Assembly: GCA_964016885.1 (NCBI GenBank)
Contig: OZ024756.1
Coordinates: 16,554,001-16,618,000 of the forward strand
DNA: 64,000 nt
Direction: 5' to 3'
Origin: Eledone cirrhosa
Lineage: Eukaryota
Shown here: positions 1 through 14,941 of the stretch, piece after piece
Layout: every line of letters starts with the position of its first letter
Position numbering within the stretch: the first letter of the stretch is position 1
Program-made: the position numbers and the translations under genes
The notes under the pieces: model-generated
Told to the model about the DNA's origin: nothing
Databases searched by the model: none
What the model saw: only the letters and a program-made list of their open reading frames with translations

Positions 1-32
1 TATATTTATATTTATATATATATATATATATA

Positions 33-131
33 TCCTATGCGAGCAAGACAATCACTCTTGCCTCAAGTGGGACTACCCCCGTCCAAACCCATGCAAGCGT
101 GGAACACGGACGTTAAACGTTGATGATGATG
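33..131 (+). mobile_element. 3'-terminal fragment of the RTE LINE family, ending in a (TGA)n tail
   Basis: Matches the 3' ends of the longer copies (...gcctcaagtgggactacccccgtccaaacccatgcaagcgtggaacacggacgttaaacg-tgatgatga); (TA)n on both sides. Confidence 0.85.
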
Positions 132-2278
<2,147 letters not shown>

Positions 2279-3492
2279 ATTAACTTGTCTAAGACTAAAG
2301 TTCTAATATGTAGGAAGGAAAATAGGGCACTGGTCCCATCTGGGAAATGGCCATGCTCGGTGTGTAGGAAAGGAGTAGGCAGAAACTTGATTTTATGTCC
2401 CAAATGTAAAGTATGGGTGCATAAAAGATGTAGTGGGATCACAGGTAAGCTAACTAAGAATATAGATTTTATATGTGGCTGGTGCTCAGGTGCAATAAGT
2501 AGCAGCAAGTACCCACAGAATACTAGCTCATTCCATTGCACAGATGGTTCTATAGAAATAGTGGACATATTCCGTTACCTGGACGACAAAATCAGCAGTG
2601 GTGGTACTCCGAAAGTACAGTAGCTAGAGTCAGAACGGGATGGAAAAAGTTCAGAGAGCTTATACCACTATTGGCCGCTAAAGGTTTCTCTCTAAAAAAG
2701 AAAGGCAGGCTGTATGATGTCTGCATACAAACAGCAATGTTACATGGCAGTGAGACATGGAAATTGTGTGCAGAGGATCTGCGCAGACTGGAGAGGAACG
2801 AAGCTTGCATGCTCTGTTGGATGTGTAATAGTAATATACGCGAACGGCAAAGCATAAATGAACTAAGTGAGAAATTAGGAATAAGAGGGATCAGATGTTG
2901 TTTACTCGAGAGAAGACTACGTTTGTATGGTCACGTGATGTGCATGAAAGACGACAGCTGTATAAAAATGTGCAGGGCGATCAAAATAGACGGTAGCCAC
3001 GGAGTAGGCAGACCCAGAAAAACCTGATAAGACTTGATAAATTCCGACCTCACACACTTACACCTCTCCAAGACAATGTCACTGGACCGAGATCTTTGTC
3101 GCTACGCAGTGATACAGAAGACCCGCCTTGCCTAAGTACAAAGCGAAACCTACAGTCAGTAGGCACCTCTTACCAAAATATACCCCCGTCCCACTACCCC
3201 CACCCCATCCACACCACCCCTTTCGATGTAAAGTTATGTTGGTACCACAACATCCAGTCCTAAATAAATGAGGTCGTGTAGATGTCACGACAAAAAAACA
3301 CACAGTCCACGCTGTAATGTGGCCGTGTAGGTAACACGGTAAAAACCTCCCAGTCCACACTGTAAACGTGGTTGGTGTTAGGAAGGGCATCCAGCCGTAG
3401 AAAACCCGCCAGACAACCAATCTTGCCTCAAGTGGGACAATTCCCGTCCAGACCCATGGTAGCGTGGAAGATGGACGTTAAACGATGATGAT
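2279..3492 (+). mobile_element. 5'-truncated RTE-type LINE copy 1 (end of RT, PHD finger, C-terminal region, 3' UTR); frameshifted
   Basis: INLSKTKVL...CSVC..CPKC..WVHKRC..CGWC...[10 protein letters not shown], then [14 protein letters not shown]...MLHGSETW...RRLRLYGHV...GRPRKT in a second frame; (TGA)n tail; TA repeats on both flanks. Confidence 0.92.
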
Positions 3493-3519
3493 ATATATAT
3501 ATATATATATTCATATACA

Positions 3520-3746
3520 TGTAGACTGAGGTTAGCTGGACATGCTCACCAACATCCAGAGTTGACACTGCATTCAGTGCTCCTGTGGGAGCCCCTGCAT
3601 GGACACACTAGAAGAGGTTGACATGTTGATGCCCTAAGGACAGACACTAGTCTGTTGGAGACGCAGGACATGGCAGCGATAATGAGGGACAGAGACCGCT
3701 GGAAAGAACTCCTCCATGGATCTCGGGAATTTTGCCTGCTCTAGAC
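3520..3746 (+). mobile_element. C-terminal fragment of a second RTE family
   Basis: Manual translation RLRLAGHAHQHPELTLHSVLLWEPLHGHTRRG*...DALRTDT...MRDRDRWKE, typical of the RTE ORF C-terminus. Confidence 0.75.
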
Positions 3747-3850
3747 ATATATGTATGTATGTATATATATATTTTCACTGGGAACAAATTGTTCCCAGTG
3801 AAAAATAGTTTAATTAGGAATAATATATATATATATTTATTAAAATATCA

Positions 3851-3904
3851 TTAAAGTTTAAGCAAAGAATCGCTGCTTTCACCCTTAACGGGATCTTCTG
3901 AAAC

Positions 3905-3906
<2 letters not shown>
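3851..3906 (-). ncRNA. Type I hammerhead-like motif with a U4A core (CAGAAGA); truncated copy of the 31763 element
   Basis: Reverse complement agttt-CAGAAGA-tcccgttaagggt-GAAAgca-gcgattctt-tgcTT-aaact; core identical to 31778-31829. Confidence 0.55.
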
Positions 3907-3938
<32 letters not shown>

Positions 3939-4566
3939 TTCATCATCATCATCATGCAGTCATCGATAGGATAAATTTAACATGGATGATATTTTCCATA
4001 ATTTCACTCTTGCCTCATCTCAATCAACTTGGTCCCAGAATTCTTGGTTCTACTTTCCCCTACAACCCCCACCTCCACATCCAAGGTGCTGTAGCATGGC
4101 CACGCTGTTTAGATATTGCTGTAGTATGGCCAGGGATACTTAAAAGGTGCTGTAGCATGGCCAGGATACTTTGAACATGCGCACTGGGTTTCTAAATCTC
4201 GCGCTTGCGCATTCAACTCCATCCAAAATAAGAAAAAAAAAATGGCCGTCAGTTTGTAGAATTTTCCAATCTTTCCCGAAACTCTTGCTAAATGGTTTAA
4301 CAATGGACAAGAGCAGTTTTTCGAAAGGTAACTTAGATTTTGATATTATGTTGAGATATTTTTGTAAACCTTTCCCTCTTAGTCTCCTATCATCTACTAT
4401 TTACACCTGTCTAGTTGTTAACCTATTCTTAATGAGATACACACCTGTTTCATTACATTGCCAATATAACAACATTTAACATATTTTTTATTAGTCGAAT
4501 TCTGTTACAAATTAATTATGTTTTACCTGTCGAAGAATCGAAACCGAATCTAAAAGTTGTGGCATG

Positions 4567-4904
4567 TAAAACCACCTTTTGTTAGGAAGTCTCACCATTG
4601 TCCTGTCAAAAGACAACTATGATAAACGTTTGACCTGTCACCCCAGGTACTTGATAGATGAAACACATGGCTACTCCTAAATCGAGCTATTTACACATCC
4701 CTCTAGCTTTAGGGTTATAAATACAATGGCTTGGACAAACAGAGAGAACGAAGCAGCAGAATAACGATGTGAAACATTCACTTTCTACAGACCCATAGTA
4801 GTTCCTACTTCTTCCTGGGGGTCACAGATCAAGTGGTATATACATTTATCATAGTTGTCTTTTGACAGGACAATGGTGAGAATTCCTAACAATAGGTGGT
4901 TTTA
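4567..4904. mobile_element. MITE-like element with about 60-bp terminal inverted repeats
   Basis: 4567-4626 (taaaaccaccttttgttaggaagtctcaccattgtcctgtcaaaagacaactatgataaa) is the near-perfect reverse complement of 4845-4904; TA at both outer ends. Confidence 0.65.
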
Positions 4905-5543
4905 GAGGTGAGAACTTTAACCTTGCAATCGACTGTCGTCCTATCCAGGTGAAGTCTCTTCTTACCGTATTCCTAATGAAATACACAGACCAAGTGTTCC
5001 AATTCATGTTGAAAATAAACAATAAAATGTAGGGATTTAATAAAATTCAACGTGTTTCTTTTTTATTCAGATAATTTATCGAGTGTATTTCTTTAAAACT
5101 CTTCTTAGTTTTAGTTAATATTTCGCTGTATTTAAATGTTTCTTTCAAGATAGAGATGAAAGACCTTAAATTGTTGATTCAATTCTTCAACCGTGCTAAA
5201 TATTTTCTGAAACTGTTGTAAATTCATTTTGTATTCTGCAGCAGCATCTAGGGGTGTGTGTCTCATGAAGTTTTCTCAGGTGTTTTAACGATAGGGTCCA
5301 CAGTGCAGTTATTCAATCCTCACTCCTACACACATATGTGTTAAGTAAGTCCGTAATTAAAGTTACAGGCGGTGTGTGTGTTTGCTCATATAAACTCGCA
5401 TATTTAATGAGATATTGAGGCAGAGCCGGGACCCGGTCATTATGATTGTACCATGAGATTATCGATACGATTGCAATATACCAATAAAGTTTATATATAT
5501 GCTGCAATTGACTTCGATGCTGCTTATATATATATATATATGG

Positions 5544-6270
5544 TATGTAGTTGATTACTGAGTGGGACCGACATAGAGATGATGCGGTCAGAATGACCTG
5601 TTGGCAGGTTTTCAAGCTTGGAAGTGATAGAACTCCTGACCATGAAACCCACTCCTGAAAGGCGTCTCATTGCTGCTGGTTTACTTGACCAGTAGAGGGT
5701 GTATCTGGTGCCATGGTCTTGTAGGTGGCCTTCCTCTGGGAAGTGGACCTCACTGAGAGAAGCGATGTCAACATTCAGTGTTGACAGTTGGTGTGGAATT
5801 AAAACAGATTGACATACTCTGGGTGACTGTGTCTAGCAAGGTCCTGAGGTTCCAGCATGTGATTTTTGGTCCATTGAAGGTGGGTTAGGTACCTTTTATT
5901 CTTTGATGATTTTTATTCTTTAGGTTAGGTACCTTTTATTCTTTGATGATTTTCGGCTGCGTGAAAAGGTGCCCGTTAACCACGGTTTGCCAACTGGGTG
6001 GTGTGGGAGACTAGCCGGGGGAATACCTCCGCAGTGATACTCAGCAAGACTCTTTCTCTGAGATAAAAGAATGGGCCTGCCTTTTAACGTCCCTGATATA
6101 CAGTATACTGTGGTTTAGCACAACTTTTCTAGACCCCTCTCCATATGGAGCAAGCAGTACTGTCCCGAGAGAAGGCTGCTTCGTCATTCCGGGTGTGCCG
6201 AACGATATTGTCTCCAAATCAAATCAAACGACGAGATCCCCTGCATATAGGAGTGGGACTACGGCTTCCA
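5544..6270 (-). mobile_element. RTE-BovB-like LINE 5' relic (putative 5' UTR and APE endonuclease N-terminus)
   Basis: Minus-strand translation KITCWNLRTLLD...LNVDIASLSEVHFPEEGHLQDHGTRYTLYWSSKP...SGVGFMVRSSITSKLENLPTGHSDRIISM, matching the APE motifs WNVRT and DIAALSE. Confidence 0.8.
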
Positions 6271-8940
6271 GTGTTGAAAATAAACAATAAAATGTAAGGA
6301 TTTAATAATAAAATTCAACATGTTTCTTTTTATTCACAAAAAATATATCTTGTGTATTTTTTTTTAAACTCTTCCTAGTTTTCCCTGTAGCAGTTCTGTT
6401 ATTATACGGGTGTCTCCTTTGATGTTTTACCGGGTGTTTTAACGATAGGCCCACTTACCCGATCCCCGCCAACTACACACATATATGTTAGGTAAGTCCG
6501 TAATTACTGTTACAGGCGAAGTGAATGTGTTTATGCACATATAAACTCGCATATCTGATGAGATATAGAGGCAGAGCCGGGCCGGTCATTATGATTGTAC
6601 CCTGCATCTAGGGTGTGTCCCCTACGAGGTTTTTTCGGCTGTTTTACCGATAGGGTCTACAGTCCAATTACTCGATCGCCGCCCCCTACATATGTAATTA
6701 AAGTTACATGCGGCGTTTTTGCACATATAAATGCGCATATCTGATGAGATATATATAACGGCCCACAGTTACATCTAATATAATGTTAGGTCTGTCTGTC
6801 TATCCATACAACCTGAGATAATTTCTTTACATACTTGAAGGTTCTTATTACATTTTGATACTTAGAACCCTTGATGGTCAATTATATTCTTGGAAGACAG
6901 TTGAATTCGAACCTTAGATACTTATTTTACATTCTTGATACTTAGAACCCTTGATGGTTAAAAAAGGTGGACCTGTCTTTTAACCTCCCAAGAACTGGCT
7001 TCATGTGTCAATGGCACACATTACCGCCCCTTTGACCACACCCTTAAACCTGGAATCCATCGAGGTATGTATTGGTCACATATTGTGATAACTGTCCCTC
7101 TATACGGCAGCTGTTACTTCTAAGGGTGTGTTTGTCTTTTAACGCCCTTCATATCCAGTATATTGTGGTAGCTGTCCCTCTAGACGGCCCACAGTTGTAG
7201 CTTATAAAAAGGTGGACCTGTCTTTTAATATCCCTGATATACAGTGGAAGCAACCCCTCTGTACATCCCACAATTACATCTAATATAAGGATGTGTCTCT
7301 CTTATAACGTCCCTGCTGCCCACAGTTACATCTAATATAATGTTGGGTCTGAGACTCGGCCCAACTGAGACAAACGATGATGATGATATATATAGGCATA
7401 ATTACGTCCTCAGGTGCCTCACATTCATTCCCCTTCGGTGGACATAGCCTTGACCAGCAGGTGCTGATGTCACCCAGCCATGTCCTACGTTCATTGGGAG
7501 TTTTGACCCTCAACCGTATCACCAGCCAAATTACTACCCATTATCGCCACCTAGCTTCCAGCTAATCTCCCCTCTCCTGCTCCAAAGCCAACAGGAGGCC
7601 TTTTCTGCTGTCATTCCACTGACTGAGTATTCTCCACACTGATTGAGCCGAGAATCCCCTGCAGCCCACCTCGACTGGAAATAGCCATACCTGCGAACCT
7701 TTCTCCCTGCACAAGTTCTTGATACTTGGTCATGGGCAGGCGATGGTCCTTCATCCTAGAGACGTGCCCTGCCCAGCGTAGTTAGGTGTTCAGCTTCGTG
7801 TTTAATCTTCCACACGTTAGTACAGTCTACCAAAGTCACTGCTCACCTTTGCCAGTCTGTTGCTGACTTCTCTGTCGATCTTGGCACCCGATGTGATGGT
7901 GCACCCCAGGTAGGTGAAATGACGGACTGTTTTCAGTTCAGTCTCACCAATGGTGATATGGTGAGGGTGGTACTCTTCCTGGGGTGCAAACTAGTGGAAT
8001 ACCTCCATCTTCTTACAGTCCAGATAGCCGGGCAAGACTCTTTATCTGTGTTTAAAAAAATGGACTTGTATTTTAATGCCCCTAATATACAGTGGTAGCA
8101 GCCTCTATGTACATCCCACAATTACATCTATGGGTGGGCCTGCCTTTTAATGTCCCTCATATACAGTATATTGTGTTAGCTGCTCCTCTCTACATCCCAC
8201 AGTTACATCTATGGGTTGGTATCATCTGTCAATAGCACTCTCTTTTGACGTCCCTGTTATAGTGTTCCCCCATACGACCCACAGTAACATAAAGATGGGT
8301 CCGTCTTTTAACGTCCTTCATATACAGTATATTGTGGTAGCTGTCCCTCCATACGGCTGCTGTTATATCTAATATAAGGCTTGGTGTGTGTTATAACGTC
8401 CCAGATATACAGTATATTGTGGTAGCTGTCCTTTCAAATATAAGGGTGTGTTTGTCTTTTAACTGTTATACGGTACATTGTAATAGCTACCCCTCTATAC
8501 GGTCTGTAATTATAACTCTAGATGGGTCTGTCTTTTAACACCTGATATACAGTATATTGTGGTAGCTGTCCCTTCTAATATAAGGGTGTGTTTGTCTTTT
8601 AACGTCCCAGATATAGAGTATATTGCGGTAGCTGTCCCTCCATACATCAGCCGTTACATCTAATATAAGGTCTGTTTGTCTCCGTCTTTTAATGTCCCTC
8701 ATATACAGTATATTGTGGTAGCTGGCTCCTCTCTACATCCCAGTTACATCTATGGGTGGGCCTTTATTTTAACGTCCCTGTTATACAGTGTTAGCTGTTC
8801 CCCCACACGGCCCACAGTTACATGTAATATAACAATGGGTCTGTATTTTAATGCCCCTGATATACAGTATATTGTGGTAGCTGTCCCTCCATACGGCGGC
8901 TTATAAAAGGTTAGGCCTGTCTCTTAACATCCCAAGAACT
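6080..8940. repeat. Interrupted, diverged minisatellite of roughly 60-80 bp
   Basis: Many imperfect copies of cttttaacgtccctgatatacagtatattgtggtagctgtccctc..acggcccacagttacatct at 6080-6140, 6770-7350 and 8070-8940. Confidence 0.75.
7400..8020 (-). mobile_element. RTE-BovB-like LINE relic, RT C-terminal region, internally deleted
   Basis: Minus-strand ITIGETELKTVRHFTYLGCTITSGAKIDREVSNRLAKVSSDFGRLY*RVW and LRWAGHVSRMKDHRLP. Confidence 0.8.
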
Positions 8941-9442
8941 GGTGTCATCTGTCAATGGCACAATTTACCCCTCCCCTTTGGCCACACCCTTAAACCCGGA
9001 GTCCATCAAGGTACGTATTAAGTCACATTTGTATCTATATTTTTAATTATTCGTTGTTAAAATATATGTAAACGGAATAAATGGAAGTAATTCAGGTGTG
9101 AATATATTTTTTATTAGAAAATTGTTAATGTGTTGCTGGTGATATATGTGTGTTGTTACGGTGTGTAGTTATGGTTGTAAATCGAAAACCGATGTTTATT
9201 GTCTTATGGATCGTTGGGTGACTGTACAGACAGTACATATGTCAGTTCCTGCCTCCTTTGGTGACTGTACAGGTAGTACATATTTCAGTGGAAGTGTGTG
9301 TATCACACCTCAGTCTCCTTCCAGGAGATATATAGATCTATATATATATATATATACATATATGTATATATAGATACCCATAAAATAACTCTTGGACCTG
9401 CTGGAAGAAGTATTTGAGGAGTCTGCTTCCACGATCCTCTCA

Positions 9443-9520
9443 GGAGACATGGGCATTGTGTGCAGAGGACCTGCACAGATTGGAAAGGAACGAAGCATGC
9501 ATGCTCATTGTATGTGTAAT
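9443..9520 (+). mobile_element. Short internal fragment of the PHD-RTE family
   Basis: [21 protein letters not shown], near-identical to the peptide in ORF 39783..40562. Confidence 0.75.
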
Positions 9521-10713
9521 AGGAGGTGCAAAGTCACCCTCCTCACCAAGAAACCTTGGTGGGGTTGCCAGTTTAGTCGCCAACGACCCGACCATGAGAC
9601 AGGTTGTACTGGGATACATGTTACCAGTTAGCACCAACTGGTGACCTGACTTGTTCTTTTTGGTAAATATCATCTTGTCTGCACGCCTAACGACGAAATA
9701 TTTGCTTGTTTTACGTAGTCTTTAAATAGACTTGTTTTCAAGTAAAAATATTGTTTTAAAATGCTTTTAAATGGAAATGAAGCAAAACGGAAACTTAGTG
9801 TTCGGACTGATGAATTTTGCAGGTCAATATTTTGCTGGCTCGACAACTGTTAATGTCATTTTAACCGCTGAGAAAGCCAGCGTAATTTTTTACGTAAGAC
9901 GCTCAATGTAAACAGAACAAAGGGAAATAACTGATAACTTACGCTCAAAAATCGATACATTATATTCGATTTCGTCACATAGGGTGGGTCAATTTGAAAT
10001 TTTTTTTTTCCGATGTCTTCGCTAGGGCTCAATGTACAAGTATAGCAATTTCGGTGCAATTCCGTGAGAGATTCTAAGAGGAGATGTGTGCCAAAAATCG
10101 ATAGACAGACAACCACAGTTTTATATATATAGATAACAACAATTCAAAATTACAGGTCTGTTTGGGAACAGAGTTCAAATTGACCAATGGAAACACAAAA
10201 AGTTTATACAGTTAGGTGTGTGTATATATGTAAGTAACTTCGTTCACAGATATGCATAAAAATATATGTTCACATGCATACGCATGCCGAAACGATGTAT
10301 GTAAATACAAAAATTCAGGGCTAATGTCTCTGTATGTTTATAATCTACAGATAAAATACATATACGCATATAAACATATAAATATAAAAATAAATATATA
10401 CACATTCATATACTCACACATATACATACATTCACACACACACGCGCATATACGCATAAACATACACACAACCACGAACATACATACACACACACACTCA
10501 CACACACATATATGTGTATATACTATTATCATAAGCATATGGACATTAATGCGCGCACATAAACACTGCCACACATATTTAGATCCAGATACAGAAAGTA
10601 GGTGGGGGGGGGGGAGAGGTCAGTATTTACTGGTGTCAGCAAACTGCCTATTTATAAATGTATCTATAAATTTAGAAATAAAAAGAAAAAGAAAAAAGAA
10701 AATATTAAGAAAA

Positions 10714-10715
<2 letters not shown>

Positions 10716-10759
<44 letters not shown>

Positions 10760-10903
10760 CATATACATACACATATACATAAACACATACATACACATAC
10801 ATATACATACATACACCATATATATACACATACACACACGCGCATACATATAGAGACACATACATATACACATATAAATACATAGACATATACATATATA
10901 CAC

Positions 10904-10935
<32 letters not shown>

Positions 10936-10954
10936 ATATATACATACATTCACA

Positions 10955-10986
<32 letters not shown>

Positions 10987-11049
10987 CTATACACACATAC
11001 ATAAATACACTCATGTATATACACATATACACATACATACCCACACATA

Positions 11050-11083
<34 letters not shown>

Positions 11084-11084
11084 C

Positions 11085-11129
<45 letters not shown>

Positions 11130-11191
11130 CACACGCACATGTACACATACACATATACACAAAGATATATATATATACACACACGTATATA

Positions 11192-11226
<35 letters not shown>

Positions 11227-11227
11227 C

Positions 11228-11258
<31 letters not shown>

Positions 11259-11892
11259 TACATACATACATATATATACTCATACATAGACATACATATA
11301 TACACACACACATACACACATACATATACATACATACACATCCATGTATGCGTATACACATACAAACACAACCACACGCTCACACAACTCAGACATACAT
11401 AAATAAAGGGATATACATACACATATATACATATATAAATAGAGATATATATACACATATAAATATATACACACATACACACACACACACATATACATAC
11501 AGATACATACATACATATACATACACACACACATATATATACACATATATATATATATACATATATATACATATATATAAAAATAAAGAAATAAAAAAAT
11601 AAAAAAAAAATAAATAAATAAATTAATACACCCAGTCAGACAAATATGCACACACATACATATATATATACACATATACATATATATATATATATATATA
11701 TACATACATATACATACACATATACATATACACATACACACATCAACTACAAATATATATATATATATATATATACACACTCACATATACATGCACATAT
11801 ACGTACATATATACACATACACACATATATACACATAGACGTATACATGCGCATACATATACATACACACATATACCCACATAAATACATAG

Positions 11893-11945
<53 letters not shown>

Positions 11946-12065
11946 TATACATATATATACATATACATACAATCATACACCCTTATTTACATGCGCACAT
12001 ATGTATTTTTATACTCACATACAAACACCCAAACATACATACCTACATATACATACATACATCCA
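10716..12065. repeat. Compound (TA)/(CA)/(TACA) microsatellite
   Basis: Direct inspection. Confidence 0.9.
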
Positions 12066-12219
12066 CGCTTACAAATACAAATAATAATAGGGGGGGGGGA
12101 TTATAGTAAATATAGGTTTCAAAAAACATAGAATATTAATCTGCATTTAGATCATAATATGTGTTTACATAGTAGTTTCAATATTAGGAAATGTAAGAAA
12201 GAAGGCAAAATTATGCATT

Positions 12220-12620
12220 TTAATATAAGTAGACTATTAATTATAGGTTAACTAAATTAAAGATAGTTAATATATTGATTTCTAAGGTGTATACTACTTA
12301 GGTTTATAATATTTGAAGCGGAATTTTGAAGTTAAATAGTAGTAGAGTATTAATTATAGTATAACTAAATTAAAATTATTAACGTTATGGTATCAATATT
12401 AGGAAATGAATTTAGTAATAGGGAAAAAAACCAAATAAAGTATTACATTGGTAGTAGAATATAAATTATAGGTTAACTAAATTAAAAATTATATATTAAT
12501 TTCTATAGTATATGTTAATTAGGTTTATAATAATTAAAACAGATATTGTATTTTATCTATAGTAGAATATAATTATAGGTAAACAAAAATTAAAATTAAT
12601 ATATACACACATATATACTC

Positions 12621-12679
<59 letters not shown>

Positions 12680-13000
12680 CATATATATATACATATTTTT
12701 TCAAAAATTGCAAAGAATATATTAACTAGGTATACATCTAAAACCTATCTCAGTCTATGATTACATGACACTCTGCAATCCATCTGTATTAGGATTTTAA
12801 TTTTAAGCCAATTAAATTAAATTTTTAGGTTAACCAAATTAAAACCAAATTATAAATATATTTCTAAATTGTACATTAATTAGGTCTATAATATTAAAAA
12901 ATATTTCTCTGTCATTGAATACACGATATTTTGTTATATTTTATCTGTAAAGGAATTTTAATAAAAGGTTAAATAAATTAAAATTAATCTATAAATTAAT
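12220..13000. repeat. Degenerate AT-rich tandem repeat with a unit of about 110 bp
   Basis: Recurring agtagaatat..attataggttaactaaattaaa motif near 12228, 12340, 12453, 12560 and 12825. Confidence 0.6.
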
Positions 13001-13168
13001 TTACATAGATATAAATACCCCCTCCGCCTCCGTGGTATTTTCTTCGGGGTTATAAGAGGCTCAGCTCTGTTTCTCGACCGTTATATCGCGTGACTATCTC
13101 CCCCTCCGCCTTTTGGGATTCTTTCTCACGTCGTGTAGACGCGTTCTTGAGACTAGTAAAATGAGGTA

Positions 13169-13258
13169 TCCTCTTGATAAGTCGGCAGACCTCGCAAGGA
13201 CTCTATATCTTTATGATATATTGTTTTTGTTTATGCCACGAAACTACGTAGTCGAGGA
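13169..13258 (+). ncRNA. Type I hammerhead ribozyme, U3-A8 core variant
   Basis: Stem I tcctc/gagga; core TTGATAA (13174-13180); stem II gt(c)ggca/tgccac; GAAA; stem III is the perfect palindrome ACTACGTAGT; GUC cleavage triplet (13251-13253). Confidence 0.7.
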
Positions 13259-13491
13259 ATTTAGGAGCAGTTTAGGTATGATACATTTTATTACTAATTA
13301 TATCTAAATGTTTCTTCTCTCTTCAAAATGTATTTTTAACTCTGATACTGGTTCAGTCTAGTTCAACTGAATTGGTCTGTCCCAGTCATTCATTGAGCAA
13401 CATCGGTGAAGTTGGCACCCTTAACTCACAGTTGGGTGCGGATGCATTCATGTATATGTGTGTGTGTCCGCATGTATCTGTGTGTTTCTAA

Positions 13492-13632
<141 letters not shown>

Positions 13633-14276
13633 CGATGTATATTTTATATTTTACTTGTTTATATATATATATATATACATATATTTTCTTAATATTTTTC
13701 TTTTTTCTTTTTCTTTTTATTTCTAAATTTATAGATACATTTATAAATAGGCAGTTTGCTGACACCAGTAAATACTGACCTCTTTCCCCCCCACCTACTT
13801 TCTGTATCTGGATCTAAATATGTGTGGCAGTGTTTATGTGCGCGCATTAATGTCCATATGCTTATGATAATAGTATATACACATATATGTGTGTGTGAGT
13901 GTGTGTGTATGTATGTTCGTGGTTGTGTGTATGTTTATGCGTATATGCGCGTGTGTGTGTGAATGTATGTATATGTGTGAGTATATGAATGTGTATATAT
14001 TTATTTTTATATTTATATGTTTATATGCGTATATGTATTTTATCTGTAGATTATAAACATACAGAGACATTAGCCCTGAATTTTTGTATTTACATACATC
14101 TTTTCGGCATGCGTATGCATGTGAACATATATTTTTATGCATATCTGTGAACGAAGTTACTTACATATATACACACACCTAACTGTATAAACTTTTTGTG
14201 TTTCCATTGGTCAATTTGAACTCTGTTCCCAAACAGACCTGTAATTTTGAATTGTTGTTATTATCAATAAATATAT

Positions 14277-14430
14277 TTCATTATTTCTGAAGACGGCATA
14301 TATATGAGTTGGTATGTATATTTAATTTTGATAGTTTGTATAATTTTGTATAATTTTGTACATAGATCTGTTAAATATACATGCCAATTCTAACACATAT
14401 ATATCCCAGAAACGATCGTTAAATAATGAA
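14277..14430 (+). ncRNA. Type I hammerhead ribozyme with a very long stem II
   Basis: Stem I ttcattattt/aaataatgaa (10 bp); CTGAAGA 14287-14293; stem II includes atatatatg/catatatat and ttggtatgtatatttaa/ttaaatatacatgccaa; GAAAC-GATC-GTT palindromic stem III; GUU triplet. Confidence 0.72.
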
Positions 14431-14634
14431 CATTTTTGTTTAATATAAGGAACTGTTTCATTGTTTTATTCATTATTTTTTTAATATTTTATATATACAT
14501 ATATATATACATATATATATACATATATATATACATATATATATATATACATATATATATACATATATATATACATATATATATACATATATATATACAT
14601 ATATATATACATATATATATATACATATATACAT

Positions 14635-14679
<45 letters not shown>

Positions 14680-14772
14680 CACATATATATATATATATAC
14701 ATATATATATACATATATATATATATACATATATATATACACATATATATATATATACATATATATATACAC

Positions 14773-14803
<31 letters not shown>

Positions 14804-14881
14804 CATATATATATATACATATATATATATACATATATATATATACAATTAACAACAAAGAGCGCTTAGAACATAGGTATA

Positions 14882-14941
14882 TCTTTAATTGCTAACAGTG
14901 TTTTGTCCACACTAGAAGTGGGACTCTTCAGAGCATAAAGA
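14882..14941 (-). ncRNA. Hammerhead motif with G12A, predicted inactive
   Basis: Reverse complement tgct-CTGAAGA-gtcccacttctagtgtggac-AAAAC-act-GTT-agca; the GAAA box reads AAAA. Confidence 0.65.

Noticed and set aside
9146-9644. Short ORFs that might be host exons
   Set aside because: No recognisable domain apart from a small RTE fragment, and no consistent splice framework
9800-9860. CTGATGA near 9807
   Set aside because: No downstream GAAA box closes a stem II
9660-10134. Possible non-autonomous Helitron on the minus strand (starts atctatatatataaaa)
   Set aside because: I found no convincing 3' hairpin plus CTRR end, so it is not listed as a feature
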